A stretch of DNA of 51,134 nucleotides. It comes from a virus (lineage: Duplodnaviria > Caudoviricetes). Shown one piece after another: positions 16,777 through 25,946 of this stretch. The position numbers and the translations under genes are program-made. Numbering within the stretch: the first letter of the stretch is position 1; the number at the start of each line of letters is the position of its first letter. The stretch spans positions 1-51,134 of IMG/VR virus record IMGVR_UViG_3300037247_000500; one strand, given 5' to 3'. The notes below the pieces were generated by a model. It saw only the letters and a program-made list of their open reading frames with translations. It made no database searches and was not told the origin of the DNA.

Positions 16777-16931
16777 AAGATTATATATCGGGTTTAATTC
16801 GATGTCGTTGTTCTAATTTAATGCGGCGTGGTAAATTCATAAAAATTTGTGAATACACGCCAGATAGAAAACGCTGTCTTAATTGTAATAAAAACTTAAA
16901 AATAATTATAGAAGCCGGAAGTAAATATTGA
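16773..16931 (+). CDS. 52-aa Cys-containing hypothetical protein
   Basis: ATGA overlap with polA; CRC...CLNC. Confidence 0.5.
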   Translation: MKDYISGLIRCRCSNLMRRGKFIKICEYTPDRKRCLNCNKNLKIIIEAGSKY

Positions 16932-17064
16932 AACGCCTAAAAACAATAGTTTATAAAACACACAAACAGCTAATCAAAGCTACGATCAAGAAAGTGCTGG
17001 ATCGACCACCGATCACGAAACAGCAGCGATTGCAGAGTGCGGTTGATAGATTGCGGAGGGTGGA

Positions 17065-17289
17065 ATGAAAGAGTTTGAGAAGTGGTTTAATGAACTTGAT
17101 GATGTACAACATACAAGATTTACCAAACAAAATAGGTCAGTAGCAGCGATAAGTTGGGAAGCGGCTTTGGAGTGGATATATAAAGAAGCAAAAAAACTTT
17201 GTAAAAATCCAGATATGCCTGTAACTGCTTTTGATTTAATTGAAACTGCTTTTGATTTAATTGAAGATGAACTAAATGACCAAACGTAG
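17065..17289 (+). CDS. Hypothetical protein (FEKW...W.AA type) with a 21-bp in-frame tandem duplication
   Basis: GGAGG SD; TAFDLIE x2 at 17224-17265. Confidence 0.7.
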   Translation: MKEFEKWFNELDDVQHTRFTKQNRSVAAISWEAALEWIYKEAKKLCKNPDMPVTAFDLIETAFDLIEDELNDQT

Positions 17290-17734
17290 ACCACGAGCAC
17301 TAGTATACGCCGATTTAGCAGATGCAGTGAAATGTATGAATGAAGGTAAAAAACCAAAACGGGCTACGAATAAAGATGGAAGTATAAGCACTAAGCCGCT
17401 ATTCATTGTTGAACCACAGCTAGAGTCAGAGGTTCTAAAAGAGTGCATGGCCTGGTTACGCAAACAAGGGTGTGTGGCCGATAGATTAGATGCCGGAACA
17501 GCTTATATGGACAATGGTCAGATCTATAGATATGGCATTGTTGGTGCTGGTGACATTATAGGTATACTTCCAACCGGTCAGCACTTCGAGATTGAGTGCA
17601 AGCGAAGCACCGGAGGGAAGTGGAGTATCAGCCAGCAAAGGCGTAAGAAGAAAATAGAACGTAATAACGCACTATATCTTATAGTACATAGTCTGGTTGA
17701 ATTACAACATTATATGAAAGGGGTTTTGGGATGA
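17276..17734 (+). CDS. VRR-NUC nuclease / Holliday junction resolvase
   Basis: ESEV...GAGDIIG...IECKR..GK.S..Q. Confidence 0.88.
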   Translation: MTKRRPRALVYADLADAVKCMNEGKKPKRATNKDGSISTKPLFIVEPQLESEVLKECMAWLRKQGCVADRLDAGTAYMDNGQIYRYGIVGAGDIIGILPTGQHFEIECKRSTGGKWSISQQRRKKKIERNNALYLIVHSLVELQHYMKGVLG

Positions 17735-17877
17735 AGATACATTTTAGATGGTATTATGGAGTAGATGTAACCGCTTGTGGAGCGGAACAACAAATGAGTT
17801 TGGAATGTACTGTAATTCGTAAAAAAGTTACTTGTAAGCGATGTAAAAATACCAAACATTTTAGGAAAATTAAATGA
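17731..17877 (+). CDS. 48-aa Zn-finger protein
   Basis: IH...TACG...VTCKRC; ATGA overlaps. Confidence 0.7.
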   Translation: MKIHFRWYYGVDVTACGAEQQMSLECTVIRKKVTCKRCKNTKHFRKIK

Positions 17878-18032
17878 CTCTAATTAAAAAGCTAATATGC
17901 TGGCTAAGGGGCTACCATCTCTGGCGAAAATGGATGTGGATTAGGTACTCAGATGGCAGAACTGTGTATTATATACGTGAATGTGGTTATTGTAGTGTAG
18001 ATGAATCTTGTGTGGAGGAACCGGAATGTTGA
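17874..18032 (+). CDS. 52-aa DUF1660-like Zn-binding protein
   Basis: KLICWLRGYHLW...RECGYC. Confidence 0.6.
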   Translation: MTLIKKLICWLRGYHLWRKWMWIRYSDGRTVYYIRECGYCSVDESCVEEPEC

Positions 18033-18304
18033 ATAAAAAATTTCAAGAGGAAGTAAATATATTATTGCAAGAAATTGTTCCTGACTTTAAAATAAATGCT
18101 CTTTTTGATTATCCTCAAATGGCTGTTCTAGTTTGTCCTAGTTTTATAAGTTTTTCTTTTACTATTAATAAACAAGAGTGGCAGCAGCAAAAGAATGATA
18201 AAAAAGCACAAAAAGATTTAGTGGAAACACGACTTTTGTTTGCATTAGAAAGTGCAAGGAGTTACATGGATATACAAATAGAGGATTTAAAAAATGCTAA
18301 ATAA
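18026..18304 (+). CDS. Hypothetical protein
   Basis: GGAGG SD before MLNKKF. Confidence 0.65.
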   Translation: MLNKKFQEEVNILLQEIVPDFKINALFDYPQMAVLVCPSFISFSFTINKQEWQQQKNDKKAQKDLVETRLLFALESARSYMDIQIEDLKNAK

Positions 18305-19379
18305 AATAATCCTAAGTGCAACAGCAATAGACAATTTCCAAGCGTGCAATACACGTTGGAGAAACGCCAATCTCTATAGGTTGAGAAAGATAGACGAAAC
18401 TGACTCTAGGCGACAAGGAACCACCTGGCATAAGCTCCAGGAACTAACAGGTGACATGGACGCGATTACTGATTATATCAATGAGCAATATGACAGTGTG
18501 CCGCTAGGTAGAACTAAAGAAGAATGGGAGATCGAGCGAATAATCCTGCTCTACTGTATGGCCGGGTATAACTGGTACTATCAACAGCAACCAACGCAGT
18601 ATACAGTTATTGCTTCCGAGATTGAATTTGAAATACCAGTAGGTGATACTATCATTCGGGGAAAAATAGACCAGCTTGTGAAAGATGAATATGGAAATCT
18701 TTATATTCGGGAATTCAAAAGTTCATCTAAGTCACTGGATGATACTTACTGGGACCATCTTAATCTCGATCCACAAATTAGCACTTACATATTAGCAATT
18801 AACTATATGTTATTGAATGGGGATCTTGAACAGTATGGGACCGTTAAGGATGCGGGATTGATTAATAAGGTTCTCTATAATGTATGGCACAAGCCGAAGA
18901 TTGGTCCAAAGTTTATCACACAGAAGGTCAGTAAGGAGTTGGTTGAAACTGGTAAATATTGTGATACGGAATTTGAAATCATTGGTGTTGATGATGGAAC
19001 CCAAACTCTAACGGCTTCTTATGAAATCAACGGCACCCAAGCAATAACAGAACCAGGCAAGAAAGTCGGAACCTTTACAATCTACGAAACCCCGGAGATG
19101 TTCGGTGCTCGGCTGCTCCAGGATGTTGTAGAGCGTCCAGAGTTTTACTTCCAGGAAAAAGAGCTTGGGCGTACTGCTGATGAGATGAAGGATTTTGAAG
19201 GTCAGCTTCAGAATATCTATGAGATGATGAAGTTACAGTCAGAAAATGAATTATGGTATCCGTGTAGTAAAGAATGTAGATCACGGTGGAAGTGTGAGTA
19301 CACCGAGTTGTGTGAGCATAATATCGAAATAGATTTAGAGAACCCACCAGCAGGTTATGAAATTAGGAGAAGAAAATGA
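18294..19379 (+). CDS. RecB/Cas4-like PD-(D/E)xK exonuclease
   Basis: LSATAIDNFQAC...GTTWH...RGKIDQL...EFKS...QISTY, plus C-terminal Cys residues (Fe-S staple type). Confidence 0.88.
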   Translation: MLNKIILSATAIDNFQACNTRWRNANLYRLRKIDETDSRRQGTTWHKLQELTGDMDAITDYINEQYDSVPLGRTKEEWEIERIILLYCMAGYNWYYQQQPTQYTVIASEIEFEIPVGDTIIRGKIDQLVKDEYGNLYIREFKSSSKSLDDTYWDHLNLDPQISTYILAINYMLLNGDLEQYGTVKDAGLINKVLYNVWHKPKIGPKFITQKVSKELVETGKYCDTEFEIIGVDDGTQTLTASYEINGTQAITEPGKKVGTFTIYETPEMFGARLLQDVVERPEFYFQEKELGRTADEMKDFEGQLQNIYEMMKLQSENELWYPCSKECRSRWKCEYTELCEHNIEIDLENPPAGYEIRRRK

Positions 19380-19576
19380 ATAATAATGCGGCTATAGCTA
19401 TGGAAATGGGAAATATTTGGATTCCTCCTAATGGTCGTCCATATTGGAAGGGCGGTTCAAATGCCGGTCCTCATTTAACAGACGAAGAATTAGATAAACA
19501 TGATTTATCATATTTCAAAAAGTATCCATTTGATGAAATATGGGTTAAAAGTTTAAAATTTAGGAGAAGAAAATGA
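19376..19576 (+). CDS. Hypothetical protein flanked by 18-bp direct repeats
   Basis: TTAGGAGAAGAAAATGAA at 19363-19380 and 19560-19577. Confidence 0.7.
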   Translation: MNNNAAIAMEMGNIWIPPNGRPYWKGGSNAGPHLTDEELDKHDLSYFKKYPFDEIWVKSLKFRRRK

Positions 19577-19806
19577 AAGTAATTCCAAGAACAAAAAACA
19601 GAAAGTCAGTCAAATTTTCCGTACTTAATCCAGGTGATGCTTTTATATGGCGTGATGGTATCTGTATTAAGGGTAGTGCAAATCAAATTCTAATAGATCT
19701 AAACACTGGGTTCACCTGTTATGATAATTGCGATGAACTTGTAGTACCAGTAGAAGCAACTGTAAACTGGAAGCATAAAGAATTTAAAAAGAGGAATAAA
19801 AAATGA
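19573..19806 (+). CDS. Hypothetical protein (FxxLxxGDxF type)
   Basis: ORF with AGGAG SD. Confidence 0.7.
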   Translation: MKVIPRTKNRKSVKFSVLNPGDAFIWRDGICIKGSANQILIDLNTGFTCYDNCDELVVPVEATVNWKHKEFKKRNKK

Positions 19807-20621
19807 GCAACGGACCACCTAAACTTAGTCAAGCAAAGAAACGATTCAGCATAGTTCCCTGGACCGGGGAAAATGAAGGAGAAAAGATCATCATTCATGG
19901 AGGGTCGGGTATAGGTAAAACTACACTTGCAGCATTAGCATCCAATCCTGTATTTATCGGTGTTGATGATGGTGGTCGTAAGATTAAGCATCCTGTTACC
20001 AGAAAACCACTTAATCATATTCCAGGGATCACAACTTTCGCAGATGTAAGAGCCGCTTTACAGCAACCAGGACTGTTCGATAAGTATGATACGGTGGTAA
20101 TTGATAATATCACTGAACTTGAACGTTGGGCGTTGCCACACTTGTTTAAGACAGTATCGAAAAGTCAATCAGGCGAAGTTGTTAAAAACATTGAAGATTA
20201 TGGATACCATAAAGGTTATCGCAGATGGTATGATATTATGCGGCTGATCCTTACAGACTGTGACCCACTTGTGCGGAAGGGCAAGAATATTATAATGGTA
20301 GCTCAAAGTACAATCTGTAAATATGTGCAAGCTGGAAGTGAAGATTTTGTGAAGGAAGGTCCAGCACTTCACCATGATAAGAATGTCAGCACTATGAATC
20401 AGTATATTGAATGGGCCGATCATGTGTTCCGCATTGCTAATTGTAGCGTAACAGTTAGTAAAAAAGGCAAAGCAAGTGGCACGAATGATCGTGCAGTATA
20501 TGTCCATCCAGAGCCACACTTCTATGCTAAGTCACGCACGATTCCTGCTGATCCGTATGCTGTTGTTGCGTTTAAGAATCAGAAAGATGATAGTATTTGG
20601 CGTGTTTTATTTGGAGAATGA
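19803..20621 (+). CDS. sak4: Sak4-like (AAA_24) ssDNA-annealing ATPase
   Basis: HGGSGIGKTT, TVVIDN, IEDYGYHKGY, EWAD...AKSR. Lies between the exonuclease and SSB genes. Confidence 0.85.
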   Translation: MSNGPPKLSQAKKRFSIVPWTGENEGEKIIIHGGSGIGKTTLAALASNPVFIGVDDGGRKIKHPVTRKPLNHIPGITTFADVRAALQQPGLFDKYDTVVIDNITELERWALPHLFKTVSKSQSGEVVKNIEDYGYHKGYRRWYDIMRLILTDCDPLVRKGKNIIMVAQSTICKYVQAGSEDFVKEGPALHHDKNVSTMNQYIEWADHVFRIANCSVTVSKKGKASGTNDRAVYVHPEPHFYAKSRTIPADPYAVVAFKNQKDDSIWRVLFGE

Positions 20622-20764
20622 TTATGTGTTTACATAGCGGATGTAATGATGATGAACCTCCAACATTTTTTGAAGAACGCCCTATGTTTTGGCCTACATT
20701 TTGGGTATTATTGTGTGTTGGTTTCTTTGTTGTAAGTATAATTTGGATATATTGGAGCAAATAA
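20618..20764 (+). CDS. 48-aa membrane peptide
   Basis: ...MFWPTFWVLLCVGFFVVSIIWIYWSK; coupled on both sides. Confidence 0.6.
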   Translation: MIMCLHSGCNDDEPPTFFEERPMFWPTFWVLLCVGFFVVSIIWIYWSK

Positions 20765-21022
20765 ATGTCACTACAACTAAAAGGTAAATCACCAGGCAGG
20801 AACGATCAATGTCCCTGCGAATCGGGGTTGAAGTTTAAGAACTGCCACGGCGATCCAACAAAACAATCTATTTGTAATCGTTTAGTTCAAGAAGCAATGT
20901 TAACGTTAATTTTTAATGAGAGGATTAGACAAGGTATAATATGTGAACACGGTGTTGCTAAAGAAGATAAATGTATTGATTGTGAAAGTGTACAAGAACT
21001 TAATTTGGAGGATGGGGCATGA
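20765..21022 (+). CDS. SEC-C motif protein
   Basis: [19 protein letters not shown]. Confidence 0.85.
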   Translation: MSLQLKGKSPGRNDQCPCESGLKFKNCHGDPTKQSICNRLVQEAMLTLIFNERIRQGIICEHGVAKEDKCIDCESVQELNLEDGA

Positions 21023-21246
21023 ATTTACCAGAAAGTTGTGAAAAACATCAACCTGATTATAAAGCAAATATATGGAAACAGTATTCTATTGATGAACTTG
21101 GAATGTGGGTGCATCTTTTTGTAAAACGAGCTTTTCATCGTGACAATAAGGAAAAGGCCAAAAAAGATTTATATGATGCACAAAATTATTTAAATATGAT
21201 ACAATCTTATATTGACAATGCAAAATATAATTTGGAGGAAAATTAA
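21019..21246 (+). CDS. Small all-alpha hypothetical protein (NTP-PPase-like?)
   Basis: ELG.WVHL..KRA.HR...[11 protein letters not shown]. Flanked by TAATTTGGAGGA repeats. Confidence 0.65.
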   Translation: MNLPESCEKHQPDYKANIWKQYSIDELGMWVHLFVKRAFHRDNKEKAKKDLYDAQNYLNMIQSYIDNAKYNLEEN

Positions 21247-22098
21247 ATGGGTTTAATCACAATGGCAAACAGTTACGTAGGTATTTATAGGGGACTTATT
21301 GTTGATCATGGAGTCGGTGAAACTACAAACAAGAATCCCCAGTGGATAGCCGCATTGCACGCTGAGGAATATTGGGACGAGTCGGAGAAAGTGTGGGTAA
21401 GCTATGCAGATCGAGAAGATACGGACATCACAGCTTATCTAGTGCTGGCTGGTAAAGAACAAAATGAGCTTTTCCATTGCAAGGCTCTTGAAAAGGCTAT
21501 TGGTTGGGATGGTCAATCTTTCGCAGCTTTAGCGGGAATGGATCTTTCGGAGACTAGGATTCAGTTTACAGTTGAGGAAAATGATTATAATGATAACATC
21601 ACTCTGAAAGTCACCAGAATAGATCATGCCGATGCTGAACCGGGTCGTTCTGTTCAGAAGCTTGATGCTGCTGCAGTTAAGGATCTCGATGCCAGGTTCG
21701 CTTCATTCTTCAGGAAACGTAAGGGTGAAACTAAGCCTGTGAAGCCAGTCGGTAAGCCGGTTGTTCCGGGTAAGAAGATAGAGAAGCCGAAGGTAGAGGA
21801 ACCTGTAGAGGAACCAACAGAAGATGCAGGACCACCGTCCAAAGCTAAGGCCAAGGCTAAACCGAAAGCTAATCCACCGAAGAAAGAAAAAGGCTGCACA
21901 CAAGCTGAAGCATGGAAAGCTTGTAAAGAAGCTAAAGATAAATCAGTAAGTGATAAGAAACTTGCTGAGGTATGGCTAGAAGCTGTTGAAACACTTGCCC
22001 CAGATGGTGATGAAGATAAAATGACACCCGAACTATGGGCACGGGTTAAAGTTGTAGTTAGTGAACGAGTTACTGGTGAGGAAGTGGCTCATTTATAA
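21247..22098 (+). CDS. ssb: ssDNA-binding protein (DUF669-like) with Pro/Lys-rich linker
   Basis: GIYRGLIVD...OB-like N-terminal domain...VEENDYN. Located in the Sak4 module. Confidence 0.7.
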   Translation: MGLITMANSYVGIYRGLIVDHGVGETTNKNPQWIAALHAEEYWDESEKVWVSYADREDTDITAYLVLAGKEQNELFHCKALEKAIGWDGQSFAALAGMDLSETRIQFTVEENDYNDNITLKVTRIDHADAEPGRSVQKLDAAAVKDLDARFASFFRKRKGETKPVKPVGKPVVPGKKIEKPKVEEPVEEPTEDAGPPSKAKAKAKPKANPPKKEKGCTQAEAWKACKEAKDKSVSDKKLAEVWLEAVETLAPDGDEDKMTPELWARVKVVVSERVTGEEVAHL

Positions 22099-22100
22099 GA

Positions 22101-22190
22101 TGCTTTCCAAGGAGAATGGTTGCTGATAGTCGGCAGGGGCGGCGTTCTCACGTCCGTTGGGACAGTGCAGCACTACCCGCCCCCATTTTT
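22101..22190 (+). ncRNA. GC-rich structured intergenic element / terminator candidate
   Basis: GGGGCGG/CCGCCCC followed by ATTTTT; crossing helix GAGAATG/CGTTCTC; local hairpins. Confidence 0.4.
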
Positions 22191-22202
22191 GGGGAATGAA
22201 AT

Positions 22203-22457
22203 ATGAAAAGAGACGATGTTTATAATTTGATTGATGGAGAACGGCTCTATCAGGATTCAATGCCAGAACATCAGAATAGAAAACAACAAATAAATACTTC
22301 AGTAGCAGCCTGGATTATCTATATGGAAACCCAACTTGCTAGAGCACGAATAGAAATTTATAATATGAATGAACAGGAAGCATTAGAATTTATCAGAAAA
22401 TGCACTGCTGTTGGGGTTGCCTGTATGGAATATAATGAAACTCTGCCGAGAAAATAA
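22203..22457 (+). CDS. Small all-alpha (MazG-like) phage protein
   Basis: VYNLIDGERLYQD...W..YM...IRKCTAVGVACME. Confidence 0.65.
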   Translation: MKRDDVYNLIDGERLYQDSMPEHQNRKQQINTSVAAWIIYMETQLARARIEIYNMNEQEALEFIRKCTAVGVACMEYNETLPRK

Positions 22458-24731
22458 ATGAAAAACTTTCCTGATCTATTTCAAACTTATCAGGGCAATG
22501 TGACATCAGGGATGCTCCGTGAGTTCGCTGAATCGCTCAAGGTCAGTGTGGAATCACTTGAAGCCCTGGGTGTGGGTTACTATCCACTTGAGCAAGCCTG
22601 GGTGTTCGCTGAACGTGATGCTAAAGGTAAGATTATAGGTCTACTTAAAAGGTATTCAAATGGCAAGAAACGAATGGTTGACAGTTCCAGACGGGGACTT
22701 TACTATATCCTTAACCCGGAACACAAAGAGAATAAGAATACCAAATCACTTTTACATGATTTTGTCAGGATCTCGGAGGCTAAAGTACAGTGTCCTATTT
22801 GCGGAAAACCTGACTGGTGCTTGGTATCCCGCGATAATCCACATGATCCGTCCGAAGTTATTTGCAATCGGCCTATTGCTGAGCAAGGAAATATCGCACG
22901 AATTGGTGATGCTGGGTGGTTGCACATACTCGATAAGAATCGAGCCAAAAAATATACCGGCAAAGATCTGCTATTACCAACAGAACACTCATACCTGGTT
23001 GTGGAAGGTGCTACAGATGTTCTTGCGGCCTATGACTTGGGTTTTGTTGCGGTGGGCAGACCTTCGGCTCAAGGTGGAATTGATCAAGCCGGACGACTCT
23101 TGTTCGGAAAACGAGCAATAGTCATTGGTGAAAACGACAGTGGTGCTGGCAAGCAGGGAATGGAAATGACTTTCGCCAAGCTACAAAAGGCTTGTAAGAA
23201 GATTAGCAAGCTCCTGCCGCCGCCTGGGGTCAAAGATTTCCGTGATTGGGTTGATCATGGACTAACTGAACGATCGTTTTTTGAGTATTTGCCAGAACAT
23301 GCTAGCAGTAAAACCGATGATAATCTCCTAGAAGATCCCACACCACTAGGAATTGCAGAACAATGGCTTAAAGAAAAACACATCAATGGTATACATCTTC
23401 ACTTTAGACATCACCGCAGTGACTGGTGGGTGTATAACAACGGCCAGTATGATAAAGCTTATGATGATATTCTGGATAAAGAGTTTTATGATTACCTGGA
23501 AAAGAAGTATTATATTGACAGTGACGCAAAAGAACAAAGAACAAGGCGGTATGTACCAACTGAATTTGGTATCCGAAAAATAAAACATGCTCTTTTGAGA
23601 AAAGCTCAAATTCTCAATGGCCCCGATACAGATGAACCATTTATTATCTCTGGCTGCAAAAGTAAAATCGAATTTGATAGACAAAAATGTATTATATTTA
23701 AAAATGGAATTTTGAATATAGAAACGAGAAAGTTGTCTCTATTGTCACCAGAGTTCTTCACGACCTCTACTATTCCATATAACTATGATGAAGATGCAGC
23801 CTGTCCGTTGTGGGAAAGAACAGTTAAAGAATGGTTCAATGATGATAAAGATTCTATTTTACTTTTAAGTCAATGGTACGGTTATAACTTCCTTGCTACC
23901 AACTACTTAGAAGCAATGATGTTTTTGTTTGGTCAGCCCGGATCGGGGAAAAGTACAATAACAGAGATCTTGTCTAGACTCTTGGGACCAGAAAGATGTA
24001 GTGCGATTGAGTTTAAAGATCTCGGTTATACTCACGGCATGCAACAACTTGTGGGAAAGTATGCGGCTGTATTGTCTGAAGATCAAGTGACAAAGCGAAT
24101 GGATAATAGCCAAGTTCTTCAAATGATCAAGCGGCTAACTGGTAACAATCGAATTGTTATCAGGCCGAAGTATAAAGATTCTTTTACTACCAGGTTGTTC
24201 ACTCGGCTAACTTATGAGTGCGATACTCTGCCGCGTTTCATTGACAATTCACAGGCATTACAGCGGCGATTAAACATTTTATATACCCCCAATTCTTTCC
24301 GTGACTCACCAAATGTGTTTTTAAAAACTCAACTACTAAAAGAAATTCAGGGAATCGCAAATTGGTCATTGCGGGGATTGCAGAGTTTGCTTAAAAGCCA
24401 TAAGTTTGTGCAGCCTAAAGCATCAGATACAGTAAGAGAAGAATTTCAGTATATGACATCACCAATAGCGGCTATGGCTCATGACTGCTTAGAATTCGAT
24501 GATGAAAATATCTGCACTCCACGAGATCAACTCTATGATCTGCATCGGGCATGGTTTGAGGAAGCGGGTTATGCACTTTATAATCGAGTCTGGTTCTTCC
24601 GTACTTTCAGAACTACGTTTCCAAATATAGATCAGGCCCGTCCTCAAATTGGAAACAAGAAAGTGTATTGCTATCGTGGTGTTAAGATTACACCTGATGC
24701 GTTTGAGAAATATCTTGGGAGGCCAAAATAA
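22458..24731 (+). CDS. Primase-helicase (TOPRIM with inserted Zn finger, plus D5-like SF3 helicase)
   Basis: CPICGKPDWC...C; VVEGATD, GEND, KDFRDW; FKNGIL; GQPGSGKST; ALQRRL. Confidence 0.92.
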   Translation: MKNFPDLFQTYQGNVTSGMLREFAESLKVSVESLEALGVGYYPLEQAWVFAERDAKGKIIGLLKRYSNGKKRMVDSSRRGLYYILNPEHKENKNTKSLLHDFVRISEAKVQCPICGKPDWCLVSRDNPHDPSEVICNRPIAEQGNIARIGDAGWLHILDKNRAKKYTGKDLLLPTEHSYLVVEGATDVLAAYDLGFVAVGRPSAQGGIDQAGRLLFGKRAIVIGENDSGAGKQGMEMTFAKLQKACKKISKLLPPPGVKDFRDWVDHGLTERSFFEYLPEHASSKTDDNLLEDPTPLGIAEQWLKEKHINGIHLHFRHHRSDWWVYNNGQYDKAYDDILDKEFYDYLEKKYYIDSDAKEQRTRRYVPTEFGIRKIKHALLRKAQILNGPDTDEPFIISGCKSKIEFDRQKCIIFKNGILNIETRKLSLLSPEFFTTSTIPYNYDEDAACPLWERTVKEWFNDDKDSILLLSQWYGYNFLATNYLEAMMFLFGQPGSGKSTITEILSRLLGPERCSAIEFKDLGYTHGMQQLVGKYAAVLSEDQVTKRMDNSQVLQMIKRLTGNNRIVIRPKYKDSFTTRLFTRLTYECDTLPRFIDNSQALQRRLNILYTPNSFRDSPNVFLKTQLLKEIQGIANWSLRGLQSLLKSHKFVQPKASDTVREEFQYMTSPIAAMAHDCLEFDDENICTPRDQLYDLHRAWFEEAGYALYNRVWFFRTFRTTFPNIDQARPQIGNKKVYCYRGVKITPDAFEKYLGRPK

Positions 24732-25006
24732 TGAAACTTTTGTATTGTCAGCAATGTAAATATATATGTCAATATAGTAGTGGTACAGTAGGAACTCCTA
24801 AAGTAGGAAAACCACCTAATATGTATTGTAATCATGCTGAAAATATCATTAGTAAATCATGGAATACGTGGTATCAAAATGTCAAAGACGTAAAATATAG
24901 TCGAAAACCATCGGAAATAAACAAGAATAATGATTGCTCATGGTTTGGACCGATTAATATTCCAATGGGCGGTTGTATAGGAACAAGATCATTAAAACAA
25001 ATATAA
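24731..25006 (+). CDS. Cys-rich hypothetical protein
   Basis: CQQCKY...C...N..NDCSWF. Confidence 0.65.
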   Translation: MKLLYCQQCKYICQYSSGTVGTPKVGKPPNMYCNHAENIISKSWNTWYQNVKDVKYSRKPSEINKNNDCSWFGPINIPMGGCIGTRSLKQI

Positions 25007-25021
25007 AGAAAGACCTAAATA

Positions 25022-25294
25022 ATGTGGAATATATTTTTAACTTTTTTTAAAAGACGTAAAAAATACCTAAAGAGAATTAATACCACGATCTGTCAGGATT
25101 TATTAATGGTTACCCTTCAAGAACTTTATGGTGGTCTGTGGGTAGTTCGTTATATAACCTGTGGAAATCTATTAAGAGCTTATGGTCCTAATCTTGAAAC
25201 AGCTGATTTTTTAATGGAAGAATTTAAAGAACATACTAACACATGTAGAAATTTTCTAGACTATGTAAAGAAAATTATGGAGGAAACAAAATGA
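25022..25294 (+). CDS. Hypothetical protein
   Basis: ORF track; coupled to the next gene. Confidence 0.55.
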   Translation: MWNIFLTFFKRRKKYLKRINTTICQDLLMVTLQELYGGLWVVRYITCGNLLRAYGPNLETADFLMEEFKEHTNTCRNFLDYVKKIMEETK

Positions 25295-25881
25295 AAATTG
25301 ATTGGTGGTTTTGGACAATTTTTCTTGCTGGTATTGCGGCAATATTTCTTTCTATAGTATGTAGCGGCTGTACCACTGGCCGATCCATATTTGGAGGAAC
25401 AACTTCATCAGGTGGGATAGAAACAATCATACCATCCAGCCCTGCAGCACAGATGTGGAAAGTTGTGGCAAAGTCCAACTGGGTAGTGACAATCTGCTTG
25501 CTTGGATTCGGTGCTGGATTGTTCACATTTTTCAACGGTAAACCGCAACTTGGTCTGGCTATAGTATTTTCCAGTTTAGGTACTTTGTTCTTCGGGCTTG
25601 CAGTTCATAGATTTCCTACTTGGATGGCTGTTGTGGGGTTGCTCGGTGCTGTAGCTGGTGTCGTTGCAAGTATTCTGATGAAGCATCGAGCGATTATTGA
25701 GATTATTAAGGGTGGGCAGCTATTCAAAGGAAAACTTGAGAGTGATGCTGCTGTAACTAAAAGTGAAGCAAGTTTAATAAAACAGCAATTTACTAATAAA
25801 CAAAAACAAGAACAGTCACCAACTACGCAAAAGCTGGTGAAGAAAATTAAGAGTAATTTGAAACTTAAAGGAGAATTATAA
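25291..25881 (+). CDS. Multi-pass membrane protein (signal/lipobox-like segment plus 3 TM)
   Basis: Hydrophobic N-terminus ending CSGC, three further TM helices, basic tail; GGAGG SD. Confidence 0.8.
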   Translation: MKIDWWFWTIFLAGIAAIFLSIVCSGCTTGRSIFGGTTSSGGIETIIPSSPAAQMWKVVAKSNWVVTICLLGFGAGLFTFFNGKPQLGLAIVFSSLGTLFFGLAVHRFPTWMAVVGLLGAVAGVVASILMKHRAIIEIIKGGQLFKGKLESDAAVTKSEASLIKQQFTNKQKQEQSPTTQKLVKKIKSNLKLKGEL

Positions 25882-25946
25882 TGGGTATTGCGTTTATAAT
25901 TTGTATAACAATAGTAATAGTAGTTATTGTTGTTAGAATAACATGA
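25881..25946 (+). CDS. 21-aa hydrophobic micropeptide
   Basis: MGIAFIICITIVIVVIVVRIT; TAATG and ATGA overlaps, AGGAG SD. Confidence 0.55.
   Translation: MGIAFIICITIVIVVIVVRIT

Noticed and set aside
22101-22190. HDV-like or hammerhead ribozyme call
   Set aside because: There is some resemblance (UUCUCACGU loop, CUAC before the final helix), but I could not fit a clean P1/P1.1, and the hammerhead CUGANGA/GAAA core is absent.
21244-22460. In-frame TAA-ATG junctions as programmed fusions
   Set aside because: This junction style recurs across the genome (6320, 7346, 11362, 21246, 22457, 26657), usually with its own SD, so it is ordinary translational coupling.
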